A program made the position numbers and the translations under genes. Positions 24,593-34,884 of a stretch of DNA of 64,000 bases are shown one piece after another. The notes under the pieces were generated by a model. That model ran no database searches and was not told where the DNA came from. It saw nothing but the letters and a program-made list of their open reading frames with translations. This stretch comes from an uncultured Pelagibacteraceae bacterium. Lineage in GTDB: Bacteria; Pseudomonadota; Alphaproteobacteria; Pelagibacterales; Pelagibacteraceae. Positions within the stretch are counted from its first letter, which is position 1; the number at the start of each line of letters is the position of its first letter. Location: contig CACDZR010000004.1 in assembly GCA_902557235.1 (NCBI GenBank), positions 12,526-76,525 of the forward strand. Reading direction: 5' to 3'.

Positions 24593-25408
24593 ATGATTAA
24601 ACAAGCAATTATTCCATTAGCTGGGTTAGGGACAAGGTTATTACCTTTAACTAGCATATTTGCTAAAGAACTACTTCCTATTAATGGAAAACCAGGTATT
24701 GAATATATTTTAGATGAATGTGCAAATGCTGGTATAAAAAAAATAATCTTTATAATTTCAAAAAAGAAACAAATGATTAAAGATTATTTTTACAAAGATA
24801 GTTTTTATAAAAAGATAATAAAAAAGAAAAAAGATCCTAGAGTCATTAAGGAGTATAAAAAAATTTTGAAATACAAAAAAATGATTAAATTTGTTTACCA
24901 AAATAAACCTTTGGGAACAGGTGATGCTGTATTAAAGACAAAAAAATATATCACTGATGATTTTTTTCTTATGTTATTACCTGATGATCTAATAATTAAA
25001 AAAAATTGTTCTAAGTCGATGATTAATATACACAATCGTTATAAATCATCTGTAATGGCAAGCATTAATGTTCCAAAAAAAACTGTGTCTAGATGGGGAA
25101 TTTACAAGTTAGGAAAAAAATTAAATAAAAATAATTACATTATCAAAGATGTTATTGAAAAACCATCAATCTCTAAAGCACCATCAAATAAAGCTGTGAT
25201 AGGAAGATATATTCTTCCAAAAAAAATATTTTCTAGATTGATAAATCAAAAACCAGGTAAAGGAGGTGAAATTCATATTACTGATGCAATACAATCATTG
25301 ATACAGAGTAATGAAAAATTTATTGCCCATAATTTTACAGGAAAATATTTAGATTGTGGAAGCATGAATGGTTATATCAAATCAACATTAGAAATAGCAA
25401 AATCATGA
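24593..25408 (+). CDS. galU: UTP--glucose-1-phosphate uridylyltransferase
   Basis: AGLGTRLLP, PLGTGDA, LLPDD, EKP and GEIHITDA motifs. Confidence 0.9.
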   Translation: MIKQAIIPLAGLGTRLLPLTSIFAKELLPINGKPGIEYILDECANAGIKKIIFIISKKKQMIKDYFYKDSFYKKIIKKKKDPRVIKEYKKILKYKKMIKFVYQNKPLGTGDAVLKTKKYITDDFFLMLLPDDLIIKKNCSKSMINIHNRYKSSVMASINVPKKTVSRWGIYKLGKKLNKNNYIIKDVIEKPSISKAPSNKAVIGRYILPKKIFSRLINQKPGKGGEIHITDAIQSLIQSNEKFIAHNFTGKYLDCGSMNGYIKSTLEIAKS

Positions 25409-26706
25409 AACTTTGTATGATAGGAACAGGTTATGTAGGTTTAGTTAGCGGTGTATGCTTTGCTGACTTAGGTAATAATGTAATTTGTGTTGATAAAGAT
25501 TTAAAAAAAATTGATTTACTATCTAAAGGAAGAATTCCTATCTATGAACCAGGACTAACTGAACTAGTAAAAAAAAATTATAAGAATAAAAGATTAAAAT
25601 TTTCTTCAGATTTAAAAAAATCAATAAAAAACTCAGATATAATTTTTATTTGTGTTGGTACACCTACTAAAAAGGGAGGCAGCAGTGCAGATTTAAGTCA
25701 GATTTATCAAGTAGCAAAAGAGATAAGTTTATCTATTAATAAGTTTAAGATAATAGTCACAAAGTCAACTGTACCTGTGACAACAGGAGATGAAATTGAG
25801 AAAATTTTGTTAAAAAAAAAGAATAATAAGAATAAATTTTCTGTGGTATCTAATCCGGAATTTTTAAGAGAAGGTGAGGCTATTCGGGATTTTATTTTTC
25901 CTGATAGAATAGTTGTAGGGTCTAATGACAAAAAATCTAACCGTTTAATGAACAATTTATATGCACCTTTAATTTCTAAAGGAGCTCAATATATTCATAC
26001 GTCAAGAAGAGCTGCAGAATTAATCAAATATTCATCTAATGCTTTTTTGGCAACAAAAATTACATTCATTAATGAAATTGCAAATTTATGTGAAAAAACA
26101 GGAATAAATGTTGAAGATATTTCAATTGGAATGGGTTTAGACAAAAGAATAGGTAGTCGTTTCTTAAGGGCAGGACCTGGTTATGGTGGATCATGTTTTC
26201 CCAAAGATACTAAAGCCATAACTTCAACAGCTGATAAATTCAAAATAAATCTTTCTGTTATTAAATCTGTCATAAAATCAAATGAGAGTAGATCTAATTT
26301 TTTACTCAATAAAGTCTATAAAATTTTAAATTTTAAAGTTAAGAATAAGAGAATAACTTTCTTAGGTGTAACATTTAAAGCTAACACAGACGATATGAGA
26401 GATTCCTCTAGTTTAAAAATGATACCCGCATTATCAAAAAAGGGTGCTAAGATAAATTATTTTGATCCAACAGGTCTTAAAAAAGAATTCTCAAAAGTTA
26501 AAAATGTTTCTTACATTGATAATATAAAAGAGTCTGTAAAAGGCTCAGATCTTGTAATAATTCACACAGAATGGAATGATTTTAAATCAATTAATTTTAA
26601 AAATTTAGTTAAAGGTAAAAAATTTATTATTTATGATATGAGAAATATATACTCTCCTATGAAAATTAAAAAACAAGGTTTTAAATATTATAGTATTGGA
26701 AGATAA
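25405..26706 (+). CDS. ugd: UDP-glucose 6-dehydrogenase
   Basis: GTGYVGL, VGTP, NPEFLREG and GYGGSCFPKD; ATGA overlap with galU gives a start at 25405. Confidence 0.95.
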   Translation: MKLCMIGTGYVGLVSGVCFADLGNNVICVDKDLKKIDLLSKGRIPIYEPGLTELVKKNYKNKRLKFSSDLKKSIKNSDIIFICVGTPTKKGGSSADLSQIYQVAKEISLSINKFKIIVTKSTVPVTTGDEIEKILLKKKNNKNKFSVVSNPEFLREGEAIRDFIFPDRIVVGSNDKKSNRLMNNLYAPLISKGAQYIHTSRRAAELIKYSSNAFLATKITFINEIANLCEKTGINVEDISIGMGLDKRIGSRFLRAGPGYGGSCFPKDTKAITSTADKFKINLSVIKSVIKSNESRSNFLLNKVYKILNFKVKNKRITFLGVTFKANTDDMRDSSSLKMIPALSKKGAKINYFDPTGLKKEFSKVKNVSYIDNIKESVKGSDLVIIHTEWNDFKSINFKNLVKGKKFIIYDMRNIYSPMKIKKQGFKYYSIGR

Positions 26707-26709
26707 ATT

Positions 26710-27171
26710 TTAATTTAGCTCGAAAATAGCATCGACCTCTACGGCAACACCTAAAGGAAGACTATTCACACTTACAGCTGCTCTTGTATGCATTCCTGCA
26801 TCTCCAAAAACAGATGCGATTAAATCAGAGGCACCATTTATTACTTTAGGTTGATCGGTAAAATCATCAGTAGAATTAACGAAACCTGTTAGTTTAGTAC
26901 AAGATTTGATCTTTGTCAGATCATTATCACACGCTTTCATTATTTGAGAAATAATACTTAAAGCACATCTTTTTGCTGCATTATATCCTGAATCTACATC
27001 TAAATCTTTTCCAACTTTTCCTTTAATTAATTCACCTTTTTCATCAATTGAAATTTGACCTGATACAAATAACATTTTTCCTGAAATTTTTGTTGCAACA
27101 TAATTTCCTACAGGTGCTTTAGCTTCAGGAAGTTTTAAGCCAAGTTTTTTTAAATTTTCTTGATAATTCAT
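26710..27171 (-). CDS. RidA/YjgF/UK114-family protein
   Basis: PVGNYV, VSGQ, NGASDL and HTRAAVSVNSLPLGVAVEVD motifs. Confidence 0.9.
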   Translation of the reverse strand: MNYQENLKKLGLKLPEAKAPVGNYVATKISGKMLFVSGQISIDEKGELIKGKVGKDLDVDSGYNAAKRCALSIISQIMKACDNDLTKIKSCTKLTGFVNSTDDFTDQPKVINGASDLIASVFGDAGMHTRAAVSVNSLPLGVAVEVDAIFELN

Positions 27172-29747
27172 TTTTTCTTTTTTTTCTTTTTTGTTTTATC
27201 GTATTCTCTTCTTTTCTCAATCAATATTAACGCCTCTTCCATTGTAAGTTCAGTAGGATCCTTTTCCTCAGGAATGGTTGCATTTAGAGATTTGTATTTG
27301 ATATAAGGACCATATTGTCCCTTCATAATTCTTACCGGTTTTTTATCTTCAGGGTGTTCACCTAAATCTTTGATCATCGAAGAAGACATTCTTCCTGGTT
27401 TAGCTTCAGCAATCAATGTCACAGCTCTATTTAAACCAATAGAGAAGATTTCCTCAATATTTTCTATTCGAGCTGATTTGTTTTCACACTTTAGGTAAGG
27501 ACCAAATCTTCCAGTGTTTAAAGTAATTTCTTTTTGATTGTCAGGATTTATTCCTAAAGATTTAGGTAGTGAGCATAAAAATTGTGCTTTTTCTAAATCA
27601 ATACTATCCAATTCCAAACCCTTTGGAATAGAGACATTTTTTAAAAGTTCATTTACATCTGATTTAGGTTTTTTTGTTTTCCTTTTTTTCTTTGGTGTTT
27701 TTTCAACTTCTATATCCTCAGGAAGTTTTTCATACTGCAAATATGGACCGAATCTTCCATTTTTAAGATATATATCATTACCATTCTCATGTTTTCCAAT
27801 AAATTTTGGTTCTGCTAACTGTGCTTGTGCAGCTGCTTTAGCTTTAGATAAAGGTCTAGTAAATTTACACTCAGGGTAATTTGAACAACCAATAAACGCG
27901 CCACCTCTAAAGCTATTCTTTAAGCTTAGTGTCCCTGAATTACATAATTGACACTTTCTTACAATATTTCCTTTATCATCCTTATCGAAAACCAAATCTC
28001 CTAAACTATCATTTAAAAGATCTAAAACCTCTCTTGTTCTTTTTTCCTTTACTTCAGACACATTGTTATTAAAGTCTTTCCAGAATAGCTCCAAAACTTT
28101 TATCCAGCTTTCTTTACCAGTTGTAATCTCGTCTAATTGATCCTCTAAACCAGCGGTAAAGTTATAATCCACGTATTTTGAGAACAATTTTTCAAGAAAA
28201 GCTGAAATAAGTTTTCCTCTATCAGTGGGAAAAAATCTTTTATTCATTATCTCTGCATAACCTCTATTTGCTATTGTAGAAATTATACTTGCATAAGTAG
28301 ATGGTCTTCCTATTCCTAACTCCTCTAGTTTTTTTACCAAACTAGCCTCAGAATATCTTGGAGGAGGCTGTGTAAAATGCTGCTCATCTATTAAGGACTC
28401 AATATTTACAAGTCCTTTAGATACAGAGGGTAGAATGTTTTCATCATCATCCTTGCCTTGATTATTATATATTTTTAAAAATCCATCAAATTTAAGAACT
28501 GATCCACTTGCTTTGCATACAGTATCATTATTATTTGATGTAATCGTTATAGTATTTCTATCAAATTTAGCAGATTGCATTTGAGAAGATAAAGCTCTAC
28601 TCCATATTAAATCATAAAGTTTATTTTGATCAGTGCTCAGATACTTTTTTACACTTTGGGGAGTCCTGATAATATCCGTGGGTCTTATTGCTTCATGTGC
28701 CTCTTGTGCATTTTTTGCCTTTTTGCCAGAGTAATTTAAAGCACTTTCAGGTAAATATTCATTACCGATTTCTTTTTTGATATAATCTCTAAAAGCCACA
28801 ACAGCATCTTTGGATAAATTAGTACCATCTGTTCTCATATATGTTATCAAACCTATAGTTTCTCCTTCAATATCGACTCCTTGGTAAAGCTTTTGAGCAA
28901 TTTGCATAGTTCTTGATGCACCAAAACCTAATCGACTTGAAGCTGTTTGTTGAAGAGTTGATGTAGTAAATGGTCCTGATGGATTACGATTTACCACTTT
29001 ACTAGATATATCAGTAATATTAAATTTTTTTTGATTGATACTTGATATGGCCTTATTTATTTCATCTTTATTTCTAAAAGAGAATTTTTCAACCTTGTTG
29101 TTATCAAGTTGACTAATACTAGCTAGGATATTTTGATTTTTTTCATCTTTAAATTTGACACTTAAAGTCCAAAATTCTTCTGGCTTAAAAGATTCAATTT
29201 CATGCTCTCTTTCAGTTATTAATTTTAAAGCTACTGATTGAACTCTACCCGCAGATTTAGAGCCTGGAAGTTTTGTCCATAATATTGGTGAAATATTAAA
29301 GCCAACTAAGTAATCTAAAGCTCTTCGAGCCATGTAAGCATCAACTAAAAGCGGTTCAATTTGTCTTGGGTTTTCAATACCGTGAATTACTGCTTTTTTT
29401 GTAATTTCGTTAAACACAACTCTTTCTATTTCTTTATCTTTAAGAAGTTTTTTTTCATTTAGATATTCTTTTACATGCCAAGCTATTGCTTCGCCCTCAC
29501 GATCAGGATCGGTAGCTAATATAATTTTTGAAGAATCTTTGGCTGCGTCTGTAATTTCTTTAAGATATTTTTTAGAAAAACTATCGATCTCCCACTCCAT
29601 TTTAAAATCTTGATCTGGATCAACAGAACCATTTTTAGAAGGTAAATCTCTAATATGCCCATAACTAGCTAATACTTTATAATTATCACCTAAATATTTA
29701 TTGATAGTTTTGGCTTTAGCTGGACTTTCTACAATGACCAAGTTCAT
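27168..29747 (-). CDS. topA: DNA topoisomerase I
   Basis: IVESPAKAKTI, ATDPDREGE, SAGRVQS and ITYMRTD; one Zn ribbon, C-terminal GRFGPY repeats and a Lys tail. Confidence 0.98.
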   Translation of the reverse strand: MNLVIVESPAKAKTINKYLGDNYKVLASYGHIRDLPSKNGSVDPDQDFKMEWEIDSFSKKYLKEITDAAKDSSKIILATDPDREGEAIAWHVKEYLNEKKLLKDKEIERVVFNEITKKAVIHGIENPRQIEPLLVDAYMARRALDYLVGFNISPILWTKLPGSKSAGRVQSVALKLITEREHEIESFKPEEFWTLSVKFKDEKNQNILASISQLDNNKVEKFSFRNKDEINKAISSINQKKFNITDISSKVVNRNPSGPFTTSTLQQTASSRLGFGASRTMQIAQKLYQGVDIEGETIGLITYMRTDGTNLSKDAVVAFRDYIKKEIGNEYLPESALNYSGKKAKNAQEAHEAIRPTDIIRTPQSVKKYLSTDQNKLYDLIWSRALSSQMQSAKFDRNTITITSNNNDTVCKASGSVLKFDGFLKIYNNQGKDDDENILPSVSKGLVNIESLIDEQHFTQPPPRYSEASLVKKLEELGIGRPSTYASIISTIANRGYAEIMNKRFFPTDRGKLISAFLEKLFSKYVDYNFTAGLEDQLDEITTGKESWIKVLELFWKDFNNNVSEVKEKRTREVLDLLNDSLGDLVFDKDDKGNIVRKCQLCNSGTLSLKNSFRGGAFIGCSNYPECKFTRPLSKAKAAAQAQLAEPKFIGKHENGNDIYLKNGRFGPYLQYEKLPEDIEVEKTPKKKRKTKKPKSDVNELLKNVSIPKGLELDSIDLEKAQFLCSLPKSLGINPDNQKEITLNTGRFGPYLKCENKSARIENIEEIFSIGLNRAVTLIAEAKPGRMSSSMIKDLGEHPEDKKPVRIMKGQYGPYIKYKSLNATIPEEKDPTELTMEEALILIEKRREYDKTKKKKKKK

Positions 29748-29754
29748 AAATGAC

Positions 29755-29782
29755 AAACTACCTAAAAGAGTTAGATAGTCAA
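29755..29782 (-). promoter_or_regulatory. Candidate internal promoter of topA
   Basis: Minus strand TTGACT-16bp-TAGTTT, ending 7 nt upstream of the topA ATG. Confidence 0.45.
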
Positions 29783-29783
29783 A

Positions 29784-30362
29784 TTAATAAATTTTTGTCT
29801 TAGTTTCTTCTTTATTTTTCAATCTTTTAATATTTTCTCGATGGGTAAAAAATATTAACACGAACATGATTATAAAAAAAAATATATCTTTAAATTGACC
29901 CGTGACTAGTAAATAAACAGGAACTGATAAAGAAGCAATTAATGAAGATAAAGATGAAAATTTTGTTATAGCAAAAATTATAAACCAAGATAAAGCAAAA
30001 ATAACTCCAAAATAAATATTAATAGCAAACAGAATACCAACGTATGTTGCTACACCTTTTCCTCCTTTAAATTTAAGCCATACAGGAAATACGTGACCTA
30101 TAAATGCACATAATGATGCTAAATATAAAAAATCTGTGTAATAAATTTTAACAAATATTACAGGGATAACAGCTTTTAAAATATCAAGAGATAATGTGAT
30201 GTATCCAACTATTTTGTTACCAGCTCTAAGCACATTTGTAGCTCCTATATTTCCAGATCCAATATCTCTTATATCTTTCTTCAAAAAAATTTTTGTTAGT
30301 ATCAATCCAAATGGAATTGAACCCATCAAATATGAAATTATACCTATGATTAAAATATCCAT
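29784..30362 (-). CDS. plsY: Glycerol-3-phosphate acyltransferase PlsY
   Basis: GSIPFG, GSGNIGATN, GHVFP, GGKGVAT and HRENIKRL motifs. Confidence 0.98.
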   Translation of the reverse strand: MDILIIGIISYLMGSIPFGLILTKIFLKKDIRDIGSGNIGATNVLRAGNKIVGYITLSLDILKAVIPVIFVKIYYTDFLYLASLCAFIGHVFPVWLKFKGGKGVATYVGILFAINIYFGVIFALSWFIIFAITKFSSLSSLIASLSVPVYLLVTGQFKDIFFFIIMFVLIFFTHRENIKRLKNKEETKTKIY

Positions 30363-30363
30363 G

Positions 30364-31650
30364 CTATAGCCTAAATAATTCTTTACCGTTTACAAATGTA
30401 TTTGTGACTCTGCCTTGAAGTTTTTTATCTTCGATAGATGTATTTTTTGATTTTGAGATAAGCTTATCTTTTTTTACAATCCATGGTTTATCTATATCTA
30501 CTATACAAAGATCGGCATCATTACCAATAGATAGATTTCCTTTGTTTATTTTTAATATTTTAGCAGGGTTTGATGTTAATGCTTTAATTATTGTCTCTAA
30601 TTTAAGTGATCCGTTATGATATAATTCTAAACTTAGAGACAGCAAAGTTTCTATCCCTGACGCGCCAGTTGCTGCTTGAGCAAATGTTAATCTTTTTGAT
30701 TCTTCATCTTCTGGTTTGTGATCTGAAACTATTACATCAATTAAATCGTCCTTTAAACCTTGTACTAAAGCTAGTCTATCCTCTTCTCTTCTTAATGGTG
30801 GGGATAATTTCAAAAATGTTTTGAAATCTCCTATGTCATTTTCATTTAAAGATAAGTTATTAATTGAAACACCACATGTGAATTTTACTATTTCCTTTCT
30901 TGATTTAATTACCTCGACAGACTTTTGTGATGATAATTGAGAGATATGATATCTGCATTTAACCTTTTCCAGTAATGTTAAATCTCTCTCGATCAAAATA
31001 CGCTCAGCGATTTCAGGTATACCAGATAGACCTAATTTTGAAGCAATTATTCCAGAGTTAATCATGCCATTTTTTGCTAGCTCATAATCTTCAGCGTGCT
31101 GCATTATTAAACTACCCAAATCTTTAGCAGAGTTCATTATTCTAGACATCAATCTTGGATTTTGAATTGTTTTAACACCATCGGTGAATGCAATTATCCC
31201 TTTACCTTGTAACAAACCAAATTCAGTCATGTTTGTACCTTCAGTATTTTTTGTTAAGGAGGCACATGGAAAAATATTTATCTTTGATTTATCTCTTCCT
31301 CTTCTTTTTAGAAAATCGACTATAGAAACGTTATCAATGATTGGATCTGTATTAGGCATTGTTACGACAGAAGTGACGCCACCTGAGAGTGCCGCATTGC
31401 TCAGAGTTCTAAAATTTTCTTTATACTCATAGCCCGGTTCACCAACAAAAACTCGCATATCGACTAATCCAGGAAAAATGTATTTACCTTTTAAATCAGT
31501 AGGTTTTTCTCTACTTGGTAAATTATTAATATTTACTTTTTTTCCTATAGCTTCAATTTTTCCATCTTCACTTATAATTAGACCCCCATTTTCATTCATG
31601 GAGTTATAAGGATCAATTATGTTAGCGTTTATAAAATATTGTTTTTTCAT
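30364..31650 (-). CDS. pyrC: Dihydroorotase-like protein, probably inactive PyrC' partner of ATCase
   Basis: Amidohydrolase-type DHOase motifs (PGLVD, GGVTSVVTMPNT, PPLR, SDHKP), but the HxH motif reads DMRVF; translationally coupled to pyrB. Confidence 0.88.
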   Translation of the reverse strand: MKKQYFINANIIDPYNSMNENGGLIISEDGKIEAIGKKVNINNLPSREKPTDLKGKYIFPGLVDMRVFVGEPGYEYKENFRTLSNAALSGGVTSVVTMPNTDPIIDNVSIVDFLKRRGRDKSKINIFPCASLTKNTEGTNMTEFGLLQGKGIIAFTDGVKTIQNPRLMSRIMNSAKDLGSLIMQHAEDYELAKNGMINSGIIASKLGLSGIPEIAERILIERDLTLLEKVKCRYHISQLSSQKSVEVIKSRKEIVKFTCGVSINNLSLNENDIGDFKTFLKLSPPLRREEDRLALVQGLKDDLIDVIVSDHKPEDEESKRLTFAQAATGASGIETLLSLSLELYHNGSLKLETIIKALTSNPAKILKINKGNLSIGNDADLCIVDIDKPWIVKKDKLISKSKNTSIEDKKLQGRVTNTFVNGKELFRL

Positions 31651-32591
31651 TATGTACAAAATATTTTAAGACAAGCCATCCTTACCGCGACACCTAATTC
31701 AACTTGCTCTTTAATTACACTTTTGTTGATATCATCTGCTAGCATTGTATCTATTTCTATACCTCTGTTCATTGGACCGGGATGCATAATTAAGGCATCA
31801 GATTTAGCGTGTTCTAATTTGTCAGGAGTTAATCCGTAATATTCATAATATTCTCTATTGGATGAAAGATATGAACTTGTCATTCGCTCATTCTGTAATC
31901 TCAACATCATAACAATATCACAATCTTTCAATCCTTTTTTCATATCAGTAAAAGTATTAACACCAAATTTTTCAATTTCTTTTGGCATAAGATTTGTTGG
32001 AGCGATTATGTTCACTTCTGCCCCCAACATACTAAGTAAGTAAATATTTGATCTAGCAACTCTTGAATGAAGAATATCTCCACAGATTGCAATTTTTAAT
32101 CCTTGTATCTTTTTTTTACGAGTTATGATTGTTAATGCATCTAATAAAGCTTGAGTAGGGTGCTCTCTTCTGCCATCACCAGCATTAAGAACTGAGCAGT
32201 TTACTTTTTGTGAAAGTAGATTACATGCCCCAGAGTCTTGATGTCTAATTACAATAATATCAGGATGCATCGCATTAAGAGTCATTGCTGTATCTATTAA
32301 TGTTTCACCTTTTTTAATTGCAGAGTTGCTAATATTCATTGACATAACATCAGCACCAAGTCTTTTACCAGCTAGTTCAAAAGAGCTTTGAGTTCTAGTA
32401 GAAGGTTCAAAAAATAAATTAATTTGAGTTTTACCTCTTAAAACGTCAACTTTTTTATTTTTACTCTGATTTACTTTTATAAATGAATTTGCTTCATCAA
32501 GTATTAAATTAACATCATTGATTGATAAATCTTGAATTCCTAATAGGTGTTTTTGAGATATTTTAATAGCTTGATTTGTTTTAATTGCCAT
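31650..32591 (-). CDS. pyrB: Aspartate carbamoyltransferase catalytic subunit
   Basis: [25 protein letters not shown] and MHPGPMNRG motifs. Confidence 0.98.
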   Translation of the reverse strand: MAIKTNQAIKISQKHLLGIQDLSINDVNLILDEANSFIKVNQSKNKKVDVLRGKTQINLFFEPSTRTQSSFELAGKRLGADVMSMNISNSAIKKGETLIDTAMTLNAMHPDIIVIRHQDSGACNLLSQKVNCSVLNAGDGRREHPTQALLDALTIITRKKKIQGLKIAICGDILHSRVARSNIYLLSMLGAEVNIIAPTNLMPKEIEKFGVNTFTDMKKGLKDCDIVMMLRLQNERMTSSYLSSNREYYEYYGLTPDKLEHAKSDALIMHPGPMNRGIEIDTMLADDINKSVIKEQVELGVAVRMACLKIFCT

Positions 32592-32633
32592 TAAAACCAA
32601 CTCTATAACTATAAACCTCTATAATAGCAAGTA

Positions 32634-33089
32634 TTAATTATTCAAAAAATCTAAAGCTCCCTGTAATATAAAAGCAGCAGCGTTTTCATCTATCTTTTTT
32701 TCTCTTTTACTCACATTAATATCTAATTGGCTAGATAGATTGAATGCACCAACAGTTGAGAGTCTCTCATCCCAAAGACAAATTGGAATATCTAAGTTTT
32801 TTTCAATATTTTCAGATGTATCTTTTACTGATTGAGCAGACCTACCTGAGGATCCATCCATATTTAAAGGATTTCCAACAATGATTCCTTTTATATCATT
32901 TTCATCAACGATTAATCTGAGTTCATCAACAAGATCTTTAAGTGAATTCCTATTTATTGTTTTTAAAGGAGTGGCTATCAATTGTTTATCATCACAGATT
33001 GACACACCAATTCTTTTAGATCCAAGGTCTAAACCTATCAATCTACACTTATCTGAGTGTTTTTTTTTAAATTCCTCTAAAGTGATCAT
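32634..33089 (-). CDS. yqgF: YqgF/RuvX pre-16S rRNA nuclease
   Basis: GLDLGSKRIGVS, VGNPLNMDG, WDERLST and AAAFILQ motifs. Confidence 0.95.
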   Translation of the reverse strand: MITLEEFKKKHSDKCRLIGLDLGSKRIGVSICDDKQLIATPLKTINRNSLKDLVDELRLIVDENDIKGIIVGNPLNMDGSSGRSAQSVKDTSENIEKNLDIPICLWDERLSTVGAFNLSSQLDINVSKREKKIDENAAAFILQGALDFLNN

Positions 33090-33139
33090 ATTGTATATTT
33101 TAAACTTAAGTGATACTTTGCCTCATATTTAAATAGCAT

Positions 33140-33427
33140 ATGAGTATAGATCTTAAAACAATAAAACATATATCTAAATTAGCAAGAATTTCAGTTGACG
33201 AGCAAAGAGCCGAAAAATTAGCTGGTGATTTAAATTCTATTTTTGATTTTATTGAAAAACTTAATGAATTAAAAACTGACAATGTAGAACCATTAACTTC
33301 TATTGCTGAAACGACCTTAAAATTAAGATCTGATGAAGTAAAAAGTAAAAATATCAGAGAACAAATTATAAAAAATTCTCCACAGGATAATGAGGATTAT
33401 TTTGTAGTACCTAAGGTGATTGAATAA
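33140..33427 (+). CDS. gatC: Asp/Glu-tRNA amidotransferase subunit C
   Basis: KLARI, VEPL and YFVVPKVIE motifs; synteny. Confidence 0.97.
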   Translation: MSIDLKTIKHISKLARISVDEQRAEKLAGDLNSIFDFIEKLNELKTDNVEPLTSIAETTLKLRSDEVKSKNIREQIIKNSPQDNEDYFVVPKVIE

Positions 33428-34884
33428 TGTCAGATATAATAAAACAATCTTTAACAGAGTTAGTTGAAAATATTAAAAATAAAAAACTTTCCTCAACAGA
33501 TGTCACAAAAGCATTTATTGATAGATCTGAAAAGTCGGTGGAATTGAATGCTTATATTACAAATGATTTTACATCAGCTTTAGAAAAAGCAAAAAAATTT
33601 GATCAAAAACCTAATCTTGATTTAAAACTGCCAGGTATACCAATGGCAGTTAAGGATTTATTTTGCACAAAAGACATTAAAACAACTGCTGGTAGTAAAA
33701 TTTTAAATAATTTTGTTCCAACTTATGAGTCAACAGTAACAGAAAATATTTGGAATGAAGGTGCAATACTTTTAGGTAAGTTAAACTGTGATGAGTTTGC
33801 GATGGGCTCTTCAAATGAAACAAGTTTTTTTGGCAATGTTCAAAGTCCAATTGATAAAAATCTAGTTCCAGGTGGATCATCTGGTGGTTCAGCTTCAGCT
33901 GTAGCTGGACAATTAACTCCTGTTACAATTGGTACTGATACTGGTGGATCAATTAGACAACCAGCTTCTTTTACTGGAATTGTTGGATTGAAACCTACAT
34001 ACGGAAGTTGTTCAAGATATGGAATAGTTGCTTTTGCTTCATCATTGGATCAAGCAGGACCAATGGCACAAAATGTCAAGGATTGTGCTTTATTGCATGA
34101 AGTGATTAGCTCTTATGATCCCAAAGACTCTACTTCAATAGATTTCAAAAGAAATCATTACAGTAAAGAACTTACAAATAACATAAAAGGAAAAAAAATT
34201 GGAATACCAAAAGAATATAGAGTTGACGGTATGCCAAAAGAAATTGAAGATCTTTGGCAAAAAGGTATTCAATATATTAAAGATTGTGGTGCTGAAACTA
34301 TTGATATTTCTCTACCAAATACAAGTTATGCCTTACCAACATATTATATAGTTGCTCCAGCAGAGGCTTCATCAAACTTAGCAAGATATGATGGTGTTAA
34401 GTATGGATTTAGAGCTAAAGGTGAAAATTTAATTGATATGTACGAAAAAACTAGATCAGAAGGTTTTGGAGCTGAAGTTCAAAGACGGATTATGATTGGA
34501 ACTTATGTTTTATCCTCTGGGTATTACGATGCATATTATCTTAAAGCTCAAAAAGTAAGGAAACTTATCAAAAATGATTTTGATGAAGCTTATAAAAAAG
34601 TCGATGCAATTTTAACTCCTTCAACACCTAGCTCAGCATTTAAAATAGGTGAAAAAACTAATGATCCAGTTTCAATGTATCTTAATGATATATTCACAGT
34701 TCCTGTTAACTTAGCTGGACTTCCAGGTATCTCAATACCTGCCGGACATGATACAAAAGGTTATCCATTAGGTTTACAAATTATTGGCAAAGCCTTTGAT
34801 GAACAAAATATATTAAATATAGCTTATGCTATGGAAGAAAAGATCAACTTTAAAAACAAAATTACTGATTGGTGGATAAAATGA
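33427..34884 (+). CDS. gatA: Asp/Glu-tRNA amidotransferase subunit A
   Basis: Amidase signature GGSSGGS and [12 protein letters not shown]; SSNLARYDG. Confidence 0.99.
   Translation: MSDIIKQSLTELVENIKNKKLSSTDVTKAFIDRSEKSVELNAYITNDFTSALEKAKKFDQKPNLDLKLPGIPMAVKDLFCTKDIKTTAGSKILNNFVPTYESTVTENIWNEGAILLGKLNCDEFAMGSSNETSFFGNVQSPIDKNLVPGGSSGGSASAVAGQLTPVTIGTDTGGSIRQPASFTGIVGLKPTYGSCSRYGIVAFASSLDQAGPMAQNVKDCALLHEVISSYDPKDSTSIDFKRNHYSKELTNNIKGKKIGIPKEYRVDGMPKEIEDLWQKGIQYIKDCGAETIDISLPNTSYALPTYYIVAPAEASSNLARYDGVKYGFRAKGENLIDMYEKTRSEGFGAEVQRRIMIGTYVLSSGYYDAYYLKAQKVRKLIKNDFDEAYKKVDAILTPSTPSSAFKIGEKTNDPVSMYLNDIFTVPVNLAGLPGISIPAGHDTKGYPLGLQIIGKAFDEQNILNIAYAMEEKINFKNKITDWWIK

Noticed and set aside
27168-27800. 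Repeated G(R/Q)(F/Y)GPY motifs and poly-Lys tail in TopA
   Set aside because: Known topoisomerase I C-terminal repeats, common in alphaproteobacteria.
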